Position numbers and translations under genes: made by a program. The notes under the pieces are model-generated. The model ran no database searches. It saw only the letters and a list, made by a program, of their open reading frames with translations, and was not told the origin of the DNA. Of a stretch of DNA of 64,000 nt, positions 12,801-26,706 are shown piece after piece. The DNA lies in assembly GCA_020536535.1 (NCBI GenBank), contig JAHLWZ010000427.1:20922-84921 (forward strand), read 5' to 3'. This DNA is from Pelomyxa schiedti (Eukaryota; Protista; Evosea). Each line of letters starts with the position of its first letter. The stretch's first letter is position 1.

Positions 12801-15022
12801 CGTCGAGGTGGCATTGTAGTAAAGGCAGGCCCAGAACCAACTCTCCCTCAAGAACCGGTGGAAGCAAGCCCAGCCCCCGAAGGTGGTGGTCCAGGTGGGC
12901 CACCACCGCCGCCACCCCCACCCCCACCTCCACCTGGCCGGCGTGGAGCCAAACTAGCTGCTCCAGAAGAAGGTGGCGATTCCCAGGCTCCTGGGGAGGG
13001 ACCTCCACCTCCCCCACCTCCACCTGGAGGCGGCCCTCCTCCTCCCCCGCCTCCTCCTGGAGCCAGAAGAGGGGCCCCAATGGCACCTGCGGTGCGTACT
13101 TCACTTAATCTAAACTCCCTCCCAAACACTCAAATAAATATGGTGGTGCTATTTCTTATAAAGTTCAGGGGCCACAACTGCCTCCTGCAATCAAAAATCT
13201 ACCAAAGCCTGTCAATCCTTTGAAGGGAATACAGTGGACAAAAGTTCCGCCAAGATCACTTCAAAACACTGTAACATTTGCATTTATGATTTTCTGAAGA
13301 CTTACTGCGTGCAGGTATTTGTTCAACTCAAGGATTTCGACCAAGTCAAACTTTCGTTTACTGATATTGAGCAAGAATTCGGTGCTAAACCGAAATCAGC
13401 AGCGTCGGCCCCAACAGAGGCTTCCACTAAGAAAGCCAATATCGTGGAACCCAAGTTGGCTCAGAATATTGGTTAAACATCTTACTTCTATATTCCATTA
13501 TTTGGTTCACCTTCCTCCTAGCTATATCTCTCAAGGGTTTCAAAACTTGCAATCAAGATCAAATTATTGCTGGAATTAAGAATTTTGATCACACAATTTT
13601 CACAGACCCGACTCATGTTACAAGTCTGTTGAAGTGTTTACCTTCCAAGGATGATGTACTTGCCCATTCAAAAAATTCTGGCCTAATTTTGCTTCAGATT
13701 GAGAATCTGAAGACCCACCTAACAACAGCCAGTCCTGACAGCCTTACCCCAGCCGATAAGTTTTGTGTCGATGTATGAATGGAAGACTACACATCTTAGC
13801 ATACATTAAAGAATTGTAGGTTACCAAGATACCCAAAATTGAAGAACGACTGCGTACTATGGCTTTCAAATTGGATTTCCCCATCAAAGTAGCTGACATT
13901 GAACCTGTATGCTACCAGATATTGACCGAGAAGACTCATCACTCCTTAGGCCCTTCGTTCAGTAGAACTGGCATGTACCCAAGTCCTTGAGAGTGCTAAG
14001 TTTAAGAAACTGCTATGCTTAATTCTTGTCTTGGGTAACTTCCTTAATTCGGGTACCCCTCGTGGTGCATGCCCTGCTTTCAAGCTGAGCACCTTGAATA
14101 AGGTAGACCGATGCAAAAGTAACATTTCCTTACATTCTCAGCTTCAAGACACAAAAAATGCTGATGGAAAAATGACCCTTTTGCATTATATGTGCCAACT
14201 GGTTTCAAACACACCTTCATTAAATGACTTGCAAACTCTCAAGCAAGAGCTTTTCGAAACTATCAATGCGTCTTCAGGTCCATTTATCGATCAAACACCG
14301 AATTTAATTGAACTGTACTGCAGTTTCTGGCCAGACATTTGATGCCGATATTGCCGCTCTTGGAAAAGGCATCCGAGACGTGGAGAGTCTTGTTGCCGGC
14401 CTTGCAACGGAGCCAGCTGAAGAAGGATTTGTTAAAATATTGACGGTATGCTAATGAGGGGCAAATTCTTGTTTTTATCGGCTGACTTGTTTGTTCACTT
14501 TAGGATTTCATGAACTCTGCAAAAGAGACCGTGGAGCGGCTTCGCACTAGCCTCGAAAGGGCAAAGGAGTTGTACAATAAGGTTCTTGTATTCCTGGGAG
14601 AAGACACCGACAAACCAGCTCCTCCAGAGGAATTCTTTTCTCAGTTCAAAACTTTCTTGGCTTCGTATGAGGTATACAGTCTTTCAACACTAACTACCTT
14701 TGTTTTGGTTATTCTTGTAACATCCAAAATTTTGTGCAGCAAGCATTCCTTGAAAACCACCAAGCACAAGAGAAGAAAGAGAAGGAAGAGCGTTTGAAGA
14801 AAGAGAAAGAGAAGCGCCTTGCACAGCGTAGTGCCGCTACCACTTCAAAACAGCCAGAAAATATGGTTGATAATACTGTAAACGATGTATTGTCTGGGGC
14901 CCAAATGACAAAGTTCCGGCAAAGGGCAGGTAATTTCCTTTCCCCATTACATTCTTGTTTGCCACTAACCAAAACAATCAGCACAACAAAGCCCAAGAGG
15001 CCACACCTCTCACAAGGACTGA
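9872..15022 (+). CDS. Diaphanous-related formin (GBD/FH3-FH1-FH2-DAD), multi-exon
   Basis: GBD/FH3 segments (LRALMNNKHGMNALL, YLAFINEII..DNRVSLRREFISVGL). Poly-Pro FH1 at 12760-13060. FH2 motifs (IVEPKLAQNI, KIEERLRTMAFKLDF, KFKKLL..ILVLGNFLNSG..GAC.AFKLSTLNKL.DTK, PEEFFSQFKTFL). DAD-like NMVDNTVNDVLSGAQMTKFRQR. Confidence 0.92.
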
Positions 15023-15122
15023 GTGTATTTTAAATAAACCTTTGACTATGTGTATCTATCCTTTTCATTTTTTGGAAAACAGTAGAGTACAAGAAACGTC
15101 TTTTGTTTTTGTTTGTGTGTTT

Positions 15123-16780
15123 TCAAGAGAATTGCGAGTCGGTGGGGCTGTGTGGAATTTGAAGTACATCAAGGTCCTCATCCAGCTGACGCCGCACTCT
15201 ATCCGGATCCTATTTTAAAAAACAATTAGAGATGGGTGTTTGGATGTGCAGCACTTTACTTTGGAGAAATAGTCTACAAGTTCATCGTCCAAAGCACGCC
15301 CAGTCATGTGTCTTGGTGCATTGCCAGTTTCTTTGTGGTCATCTCTTGGATTCACCATTCTCCTTTGTGGGGCTTCTGAAGGAAGTGGCAGAAGGCCTCC
15401 TTTCTTACCGCGTTTTTGATTGGATCGCCAGGAAGTAGAGGGTAGTGCTGAGTTGAGGCGTTGGGGTACAAGCTGCACAACAGGTTGTTGCTGGAGTTGT
15501 TGCTGGTTACGGTAAGCAACTACAGCAGGTGTGTGGTTGGATGTCATCATTGGAAGCGCAACTGGAATAGGAACATTGAGTTGCACAGGAACGGTAACTG
15601 GTACTGTCTGCATGATGACTTGTGAAGCACCAGTTGAGGTGGTATATGAAGACGATTGGAACGGCATGGGCAGGAGTGGGGAGTCAATAAGGATTTTGTT
15701 CTGTTATTGTGGCAGGTTGATTGTTGGTAGGAGGTTGGTTAGATATTTATTAGGTATTGGAAAGGAGAAGGTGCAATCCATGATGAGGGTATTGCAATGT
15801 CAATGCAGTGGATGCAATGAATTGGAAAGTGTAGTTGTGCAGCATGAGAGACAAAGGTCAAGTCCATGAATGTCCCACTCAGGTGAGTGTTAGTGGAGTG
15901 ATGCGAAATGTTCTGCATATTATAACTTCAACGGGATGCTTTGCGGAACGCCACTTATCTGTGGCTAGAGAACGTGCAAACAGAAAAGGAAAGGCGAAAC
16001 ATTGGAGGGGGAAACTAACCGTTGGTGGTTGAATCAATGGAGGAGTGGGCAAGAGTGCTTCTCCTCTATGTGAAGTTTGAGTACTGCGCCTAGAACGCAC
16101 ATTGGCGGGGGATGACAATGGACGATCAAGGGCCAAGGTTGGGTTATAACTGCCTGATGAATGCGCACTGGTTCCACTCCTGCGGGAAGAACCTCTAACA
16201 TGTGGTGGAGGAAGTGGCAATGTAGGTTGATGCTGAAACGTCCTTGAGTGCTGGGGTAAAGCGGCATATGTCCTCTCAGGCGTCGGTACTTCGAGTAAAT
16301 ACGATGACGTAGGTGAGTCTCCGGGACTGTCTGTTGACTGGCGTCTGGCAGAGAAAATTGCAGCCTCTCTCCTAGAGCGGCTGTCACGCTGGAAGGTCTG
16401 TCTCGAGCTGCGATGCAGACTTTCGAACCTTTCACTCAAGGTGGGTTGCTCAACTTCGTAGTCCTGCCTGGGGCGATGCTGTACAACTTCTGTCTGCCTG
16501 GTGTCTTGTTGTCTGTAAGACCAAGAGGGGGGGTTGTAACGCGCTGAACTGGAAGGGTAATTTCTTCTGGCAGAGGAGCTGGGTGCAGTTTGACGCGGAT
16601 GAGGCTTTTCTGTCTCCACAAAACAAAGCAATTCCTCCCCGTCTTCGAAAATGTCCTCCTCTTTCTTGCCTTTACTCCACCAAAGAGAGGAGAAAAAAAG
16701 AGTCTGCGCAGCATACCTCCGATTTCACGACCGATAATAAAGCAAGGCTGTTTGGTTCGACGTGCGTCGCGGGACGACAT
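15123..16780 (-). CDS. Low-complexity protein with CHTOP/FYTTD1(UIF)-like motifs; probable UAP56-binding mRNA-export adaptor
   Basis: PTLSERFESL resembles the SLxERF motif. C-terminal duplicated motif ALDDELVDYFSK / RQLDEDLD resembles the FoP-duplication/UBM motif. The rest is R/S/P/Q-rich. The 3' end is uncertain. Confidence 0.55.
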
Positions 16781-17090
16781 CGCGCTATTCGCTTTGTTAT
16801 TTTATTGTTTTTTTTTATCTTGGTTTTTTCCTTTCCGTTGCTCAGCAGGGGAATGAGATTGGGTTTGATTGGCAGGTGGTATTTATAGCGCCCAAGCAGA
16901 TCTTGCTATCGCAATTGAATGATGCAAAACCTGACGTTTAATAATAGAAATGAAGAGCTTGGTATTTTTTTTTTGTTGGTTTTTTCGCCGGCGTAGTAAA
17001 CAACCTAAATAATAATTTAATCACGCGATCGGTGGTGTACTCGTGTGCAGAAGGGGAAAGAAAAAAACCTAAGTCAACCACAACATCGCC

Positions 17091-19841
17091 ATGGCAGATC
17101 TTACATCGGTATTACTAGCGGCGCAGTCGGAGAACCAAGCGGTGAGAGTTGCCGCCGAACAGCAACTCAAACAGGCAGAACAACAAAACCTTCCTCAGTA
17201 CTTGGTGGCTTTGGCACAGGAGTTGGGCTCCGATCACCCCGTGTTGTCCAGGAGACTCGCTGGCCTAAACATCAAGAACTTGTTTACCGGTAAAGACGAA
17301 GGTGTTGTCGCTGAACAGCAAGCACGCTGGGTGGCATTGGATGTAGCAATAAAGGGGCAGGTTTGTAATTCATTTATCTTCACCTTTTTTCCCCTCCCTT
17401 CCTTAATTGTTTTAAAGTCTTGCAGTTGATCTCTTTGCTGATGCCTCTTACAGGTTAAGACTATTATCATGCAAGTTCTGAGCAGCCCTGTTGCTGATGC
17501 CCGGCACAGCGCAGCACAAATCATAAACTGCATAGCTCAAATCGAACTCCCACGCAAGGAATGGCCCGAGTTAATGCCAACTCTATGTCAAAATGCAACA
17601 ACAACAAACGAATTTCTCCGTCAAGTATGTACTGCCATCGTTTGTGGTAAATTATGCTTACATTGCTAGTCTTCGTTGGAAGCAATTGGCTATATCTGCG
17701 AAGAAATCGACGACGAACTTCTTGCTGCAAGTTCAAACCAAATTCTCACGGCTGTTGTTTCTGCGGCTACTCCGGACCAAGCAAATATGGACATCAAGAG
17801 GATTGCTGTACAAGCACTTTTGAATTCTTTGAGTTTTGCCAAAGGTGCTTTTGAGAGGGAAGTTGAACGGACGTATTTGATGAGGGTGTTGCTTGAGGCT
17901 ACTCGGGCACCAGACAACAAAGTGAAAGAATATGCCTTTCAGTGTTTGGTGAAGGTGGCCAGTTTGTACTACAGCAAGCTGGATGCTTACATACAGGGAA
18001 TTTTCAATATGACTATCCTTGCTATTAAGAATGAGACTGAACAAGCCGTTGTGCTTCAAGCAATTGAGTTCTGGTCTACCTTAGCTGAAGTAGAGACCCA
18101 ACTGGCAGCTCAAGCTGAGGAGGAAGGCAAAACTGGAGCGAATTCCCCGTGTAAAAATTATGTTCTCGGTGCTCTCCAGTATCTTATTGAAGCTCTCTGG
18201 ACGACTTTGCTGAAACAGGAAGAAGACGAAGATGAAGACACGTGGAACATCAGCTGTGGCGGCGGCACATGCCTGGCTCTGATTTCCCTTTGCGTTCGCG
18301 ATGCGATTGTACCAATAATTATGCCAGTAATCAGCCAAAACATCCAAAATTCGGAATGGAGGGCTCGCGAAGCCGCTACACTTGCTTTTGGTTCAGTACT
18401 CGAGGGACCTGCAAGAGCATCACTTCACACCTTTATTGTAGCTGCTTTACCTATCCTTATGAAACACATGGCAGATCCAAATGACATGGTAAAGGACACA
18501 ACGGCTTGGGCCCTAGGCAGAATATTTCAGCATCATAAAGAAGAAGTAGGAGAGAACTTGCATAATGTTATCGCCACTCTGTTCACGGCCCTCGATACCA
18601 GTTCTTCTCTGGTTTCTGCTAATATTTGTTGGGCCGTACACATTATTGCTGAATCCTACGACAGCGGAGATAGTGCAACATCTCCCATGTCTCCCGTATT
18701 CCAGTATTGTGTACAAGGACTCATCAAAGCAAGCCAAAGAAAGGACGCGGATGATGACAAATTGCGTTGCTCTGCCTACGCAGCCATTAATACACTTGTA
18801 CACTGCTGTGCCAAAGATTGCATCACCTACGTATCGGCATTGGTTCCTGTTTGCGTGCAGAAAATTCAGACCACCCTCGCTGCCCCTCCAAAGGACTCCG
18901 ATGAGAAGAGGGAGTTTGCAGAAACCCAAGCCCTTCTCACAGGTGTTCTCCAGGAGTGCACTACGAAATTAGGTAAAGGTTTGACGCCTCAAGTGGCTGA
19001 TGCTTTGATGTTCCTCTATTTGCAAATCCTGGGATCAACTAACTCCTCCGTCAACGAGGAAGCTCTGATGGCAGTTGGCTCTTTATGCAACGCTGTGGAA
19101 GGAGACTTTGTCAAGTATCTGGGACACTTCATGCCTCGTTTGTTAGTTGGGTTGCGCAACTCCGCAGAATATGAAGCGTGCTGTGTGGCCATAGGCGTGG
19201 TTGGGGACCTTTGCCGGGCACTTGCTAACCACATGACTCCTTATGCCGCTGAAATTGTTAAGATTCTTCTCGATCATCTTCTCAACCCCGAGGTAGACAG
19301 GTCAATTAAACCCCCAATTTTCTCTACCTTCGGCGATTTGGCAATGTCTATTGCCGGGGACTTCTTGCCTTTCCTTCCAAGTGTCATACAGATGCTGCAA
19401 CAAGCTAGTGTGGCGAAATTGGAGGATTCTGAAGACGATGATCAGATTGACTATCTTAACCAACTTCGCGAGTCAATTTGTGAGGGCTACACTGGAATTC
19501 TTCAAGGTCTTAGGGCGTGTAACAGAGCCAATGATGTGATCTCCGCTGTTGAGCCTATGCTAAGCCTTGTTTCAGTAGTACTTGATGATCCAAACAAGAC
19601 AGAGTCTCTTACTCGATGTGTGGTAGGACTTCTTGGGGACTTAGCCCATTCGGTATGCTGACTTTTCTTTGCCTTTTGTGCCTGAATACTAACTCTACCG
19701 TAGCTGGGACCCAACGTCAAGAGGTGGTTGGCAACCGCAGCCGTCATCAAGGTACTTGACGACGTTCGAGCCGCCGATTATTCCGAGACAACACAGAACA
19801 TTGCCACATGGGCCAAAGAGTTGATCACACAGTTGATGTAG
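17091..19841 (+). CDS. KPNB1: Importin subunit beta-1
   Basis: IBN_N start MADLTSVLLAAQS..RVAAEQQLKQAEQQN, ELPRKEWPELM, QAIEFWSTLAEVE, acidic loop EEDEDEDTWN, WRAREAATLAFGSVLEGP, VKDTTAWALGRI; HEAT repeats to WAKELITQLM*. Confidence 0.95.
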
Positions 19842-20105
19842 ACACATCACACCCACTGCTCCCTCCGCTTCAACCGCCGCTTCCATTTCTAATCTGTCTC
19901 ATCCCTCCGCAGCAACAGTCTCCTTCCTCTTTTCTTCCTTTTCTACCTCTATTACCTTCTCTCTTATTCTCTTCTCTTTTCTTTTCTCTTTCTACACCTT
20001 TTTTGAAAAAATTTGCCTTGGAAGCATTTCTTCACTGGGTTTTTCTTTATTCCATTTGTAGTGTTTTTTTGTATTGTACAGTAGACACACCAAATGTTTT
20101 TTGGG

Positions 20106-22308
20106 TTAGGAAGCCTTCCCTCTGTACCAACAGTATGCAAGTGTAACTGCTGTGGAGAGACAAGCAACCCCGAGTGAAACTGTTGCCCAGTTGGGGGCAG
20201 GCCACCATTGCGAGTGTGGGGGCTCATCCGGCCAATCACGGTGGTATGGGCACGTAGGTGAGGTAGCCGATGGTGTTCTGGGGTGTGTGCAGTAATGCCG
20301 AGAGTGAAGACATATGGGGCATACTAGGCCACTGGGAATGCTCCCTTCGGTGGTGTTTCTGGTGCAGGTTTTGGTGTGTGCAGTGTAGCTTGCTGTGTAG
20401 GAACAGTGGATGTTTGGTAACCCGTTTGTAGAGTTGGTAGGAAAGATGCCGTTGCAGTGTGTGCAGTGGACAGGGCGCCCTGCACAGACAATATCGTGAT
20501 CCTCTTTACAGCAAACTCTCACTGGGAGTCTACAAGAGGGACAGTCATACTTGTCACATCTGCAATTTTCAGGGGGGAACTTGTCCAAAAGAAAATCAGT
20601 ATCTAGGCTCGGTTAATCCCACGGGTGTTACAAAAAGGGCCATACAATGAAAAGTGCACCTAGTCTCTCCTTCACACCAGTTATATATTTGCTCTGCAAC
20701 TCTTTTACTGCAGATTGGATTGTATGAAATCTCTTGATGGTTATTTGCACTTTCGAACAATTCCCGCAATAAAATGACAGGATCTCTGTTAGTGCTACGT
20801 GATATATATAAGAGTTACAGGAAAGAGAAAAATATTCGTACCAGCGAAGGATATGAGGAACGTAAAATCGCAAAACAGAGGCACAGAAAGACATCAAGTC
20901 TCGCTTTGCCTCGGGAGTCTGAGCAGAAAACCCAGGCCACCACTTTTCTTCATGTGTATCATCCTCTACGAATGCACGTAAATCACCAGTCTTGAGGGCA
21001 CAATAGGTGAAGAAAAGATACTCTACTCCTGGTTGTGGGTCACTTCTCAACGTGGAGTGTGCATGAATCTTAATATGAATAAACGATGATGCAATTTTCA
21101 GCTTTTAACCTTCAAGTCTTCTTGCATTGACGCAAGGTCAAACATTTCTGCCATTTGCCAAGACTCGAGCAAAGTGCTCCAATTCGTAATAGTATACAGA
21201 CTCTTACTGGAGGGTGTATGAGAACATTGAAACCACTTGAAAAGGCTGTACTTCTGGGACCATTCCAGAAATCCAACAAATCCACCCAGGGGTACTTCCA
21301 ACTGGATTGTCTCCATAGACTTTGTTCCTTCTTGGGAGTCTCTCCCTTGTAGGGATCTGAAGTGAAACATTCCCTCGAAGAAAGGACAGCTATGAAAAGA
21401 TCAGACAATCAAACAAAATGTATGTGCAGAACTGTTTAATCAGGTGAGACTTTTTTCCATATATATTTTTGTCATCAATGGAGAAAATAACGTCGGAGTC
21501 AGCAGTCTTTACTAAAGGGTCGAACACACTTTCTGGAGGATTAACACAATACTTCTCAGTATTAACTTTTCCCCCAAGGGCATGCAAGAATAAGGTTGCC
21601 ACGGGGTCATATGTTTCCTCTTGGTAGGCTGAATAAAACCAGTCGAGGAGGAGAAAAAAATTACCTAACCCTGCTTGCAGAGGTGTGCGGGAATCCGCAT
21701 CTAGAGTGTTCAGGGAGTGGCCAAGATCATTGACAAGAAGGTCGATGCATGCAACTCTTCCCTGCAGCATTTACTGTTTCAGAGAGGAAAGATAGGAGGA
21801 TGAAGAAACTTGCATGAACAGCAGCCGCGTGTAAAGGGGTCATTCCACTAAGCGGCTCAAACGAGAGCTGGACTTTCAAAGCGGCTGCCCTTTCACACAA
21901 GAGTTTGACACACTCCATGCTGCCATTTTCCACTTGAAGAATGTAGTTTAGAACGTTTTCAAATGATCCACCAAACAATTACCTGCAACAAACAAAGGAG
22001 TCTTTCCATCCCTGTCAGGAGAATCAATCTCATTCGTATACTCCAGCATCGCCCGCAAGCACAAGAAAGCGTTCTTGTATCGAAATAGAAAGCAACCAGT
22101 AAGCTTTTAACGAAAGATACTACTTCGTACATAGCAAAACATAACACACCGAGGAGCAGGCGTGATGCAAGAGCGTTTGACCGCACATGTCGACAGTCAA
22201 AGGTGTCACATAACCATTGCCCTCCAGCACTTCCAGGATCTCTGAGAGGCGATCCTGCCTCACGTACGAAAACACGTTCCCACATCCCGTCGACGGTGCA
22301 AACGACAT
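20106..22308 (-). CDS. Ankyrin-repeat / BTB / Cys-His zinc-finger protein with C-terminal transmembrane tail
   Basis: Ankyrin repeats GQTLLHHACS, GMTPLHAAA, SRTPLQ. BTB-like SDVIFSIDDKNIY..., FVGFLEW, WQMAEMFDL. TRAF-like CPSC..HDIVCAGRPVHCTHC. Ends in hydrophobic WATVSLGVACLSTAVTLAYCWYRGKAS*. Start is tentative. Confidence 0.7.
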
Positions 22309-22555
22309 TCCTTCTCTTTGTTTTTTTTTTAAATGAGTTAGTTCGGCACACCAAACTGTCAAAGCACAAAGTTGTTTGGCAGTAGTTCCCTACAGAACCT
22401 AACGAATTTGAAGCGGAAGATGTTCCACTCAGTGGATAAAGATTGACCTTTCTGGGAAGGAAGCCCAAGACCAATTTACTTGAGCAGTGAACTGGAAGAA
22501 CATCAAATAAAAAAAAAATAACTCGAGCAGTTGTAGAGTGGGGGTGTTTGCGGAG

Positions 22556-23598
22556 ATGGGTGGATCTAACAACAAAATGATGCAGGAAGAGGCTGCTCGT
22601 GTGCGAAGAGAATACTGCTGTGGGTGTTTTTTGTCCACGCCATTTTTTCCCCTCCACAGGCCTTACCCTTTCCAATCTAACCAATAACACACGAAAGTGC
22701 CCCAGGATAAACTTGATCAGGTACTTCCGTTAGTTTATTTTTATTCCCGTTGGGTTTTTGTCTAAGGTGCTAACGACTGTAGGTTTGTGAGGGATTTAGG
22801 AAGTACAGTGGCAAAGATGGAAGAATTTCTCGAGAGAACTTCAGAAAAATCGTTGATGGCGTAATGCATCAAGAACTTGCTGACAAGGTTTTCTTCGAGC
22901 CGTTTCAGTTTTTTAACCCATTACTCCAGGTGTTCGACTCCTTCGACCGTGACCATTCCAAGTTTGTAATATTGCACACTTCTGTGCACTCATTGTAGCA
23001 GTACCATGGATATCCACGAATACTTGTCGATGATGGGGGTCACTCATGGCGGAACCCTTGGTATATATGCCCTCAACTCCATCAAATTAAACCTGTGATA
23101 GAACAAAAACTTAATGGTACCATGTCTCTATCTGATAAAGGACAGTTGCTTATATATGACAGCTTCTTTTGATTTATTTGATAAAAATGGAGATGGAGTA
23201 CTCTCCAAAGAAGAAATTAAGTAATTTGCTGTACTTCATTCTTTCATCTAACTTCCTTAAACAACAGAGAAATGTTTGTTATGATTGTTAAGCAGGTATA
23301 CTCAACTTGGTATCCGAGTTTTAGTGTCCAACTCACATTTCCAGAAAAAAAGAGCTCTGACACTTGCCCGAACGGGCTCCGGCGCACTTACATCTGAACC
23401 ACTGGATGCGGCCTCATTAGCTGCTATAGACGGCGTTGTTGAGACCATATTCGAGCAAGCTGACGCTGATCACGTTGCAACCTCTTTCAAATCACTTTCA
23501 TCCAACACAAACTACAGAATGGCACATTGGATAGAGGTGAATTCATTGCTGGGTTCAGTGCACACCCAGAAGTTTGTGGATTTTTCAAGCAGTTTTAA
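22556..23598 (+). CDS. Neuronal-calcium-sensor/calcineurin-B-like EF-hand protein, N-myristoylation motif
   Basis: Spliced product MGGSNNKMMQEE..., VFDSFDRDHS.TMDIHEY, FDLFDKNGDGVLSKEEIKEMF, IFEQADADHNGTLDRGEFIAGFSAHPEVCGFFKQF*. Confidence 0.85.
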
Positions 23599-23735
23599 GT
23601 TATTTCCAAGTAGCCGGCCTATTTGTGACACAAGTCCATTTTTGAAAGGCCAAGTGACGGTGTGTCATTTAGGGAAAAAAAAATCGTTTTGTAAAACAAT
23701 CGTTTATTTATTTAACTGGCACAAACACCACACTA

Positions 23736-25983
<2,248 letters not shown>

Positions 25984-26040
25984 TTGGTGCGTAGCTTTTT
26001 GTTTTGGAACGAAATTAAGACAAATTGATTTTGTCTCTGA

Positions 26041-26080
26041 GCCAATTGGCAATACAATTGGTTGCACCAATTACCCAATT
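26041..26080. promoter_or_regulatory. Cluster of CCAAT/ATTGG boxes upstream of the vWA-E2 gene
   Basis: gccaattggcaatacaattggttgcaccaattacccaatt carries five CCAAT/ATTGG pentamers in ~40 bp, 60-100 bp upstream of the ATG at 25983. Function is inferred only. Confidence 0.25.
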
Positions 26081-26706
26081 GCTTGCACAGAGACCATCAC
26101 CTCTGTGGGTTCGTACCTCTAAGGGTGTTGAACAACACGTCTTGTCTTCAACACAAAGAAAAAATTTGAAGTTACAAAAACAAAAAAGTTTTTTGGGAGG
26201 CTTTCCTTGGCTTTGAGTTTCGTGACTTGGCTTTGGGTGCTTCTGCTGCAGCATGTGGTGGAGGGTGGCTCCCTGTATGCTTGCCAACGACAGAGTGGGC
26301 AGGAAGAGAAAGAAGCCAAACAGCACCCCAAGGCCCAAATGCCCACACCAACGAGTCGGCAACCGGGGAGCACCAGGGAGCAGGCAGCGGAACCGATTGG
26401 GCCTTCGGTTCCGAGCCCGCAACCCCGGGTCCCCACTGGCCGACCCGCCCTGTGTGGGCTTGGGGTGCTGAGTGACGATGGGAGCAGCACACATGAGATG
26501 AAACAACAACAACAACAGCAGCAGATGCAGCAGCAGGTAAGAGGAACTCATTCAGTCACACAGCGGGCGGGAGTGTGCTCCAAGCATATTCCCCGGGGGT
26601 ATAACCGTTTTTTTTTTTGCATGCGATAGATATATACAGCCACTGCATGCATATCTCTAAGTGTACATCTCAAAGCCATAGAATAAGCCTGCCAGTCCCC
26701 CCATGA

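Noticed and set aside
12760-13060. C-rich/G-rich repetitive tract suggesting G-quadruplexes or a repeat element
   Set aside because: Fully explained as poly-proline FH1 codons of the formin.
26207-26629. Small Q-rich ORF on + with a consensus CAG|GTAAGA donor, and an overlapping hydrophobic ORF on -
   Set aside because: No ATG-anchored, motif-supported model could be built in either direction; left unannotated pending RNA data.
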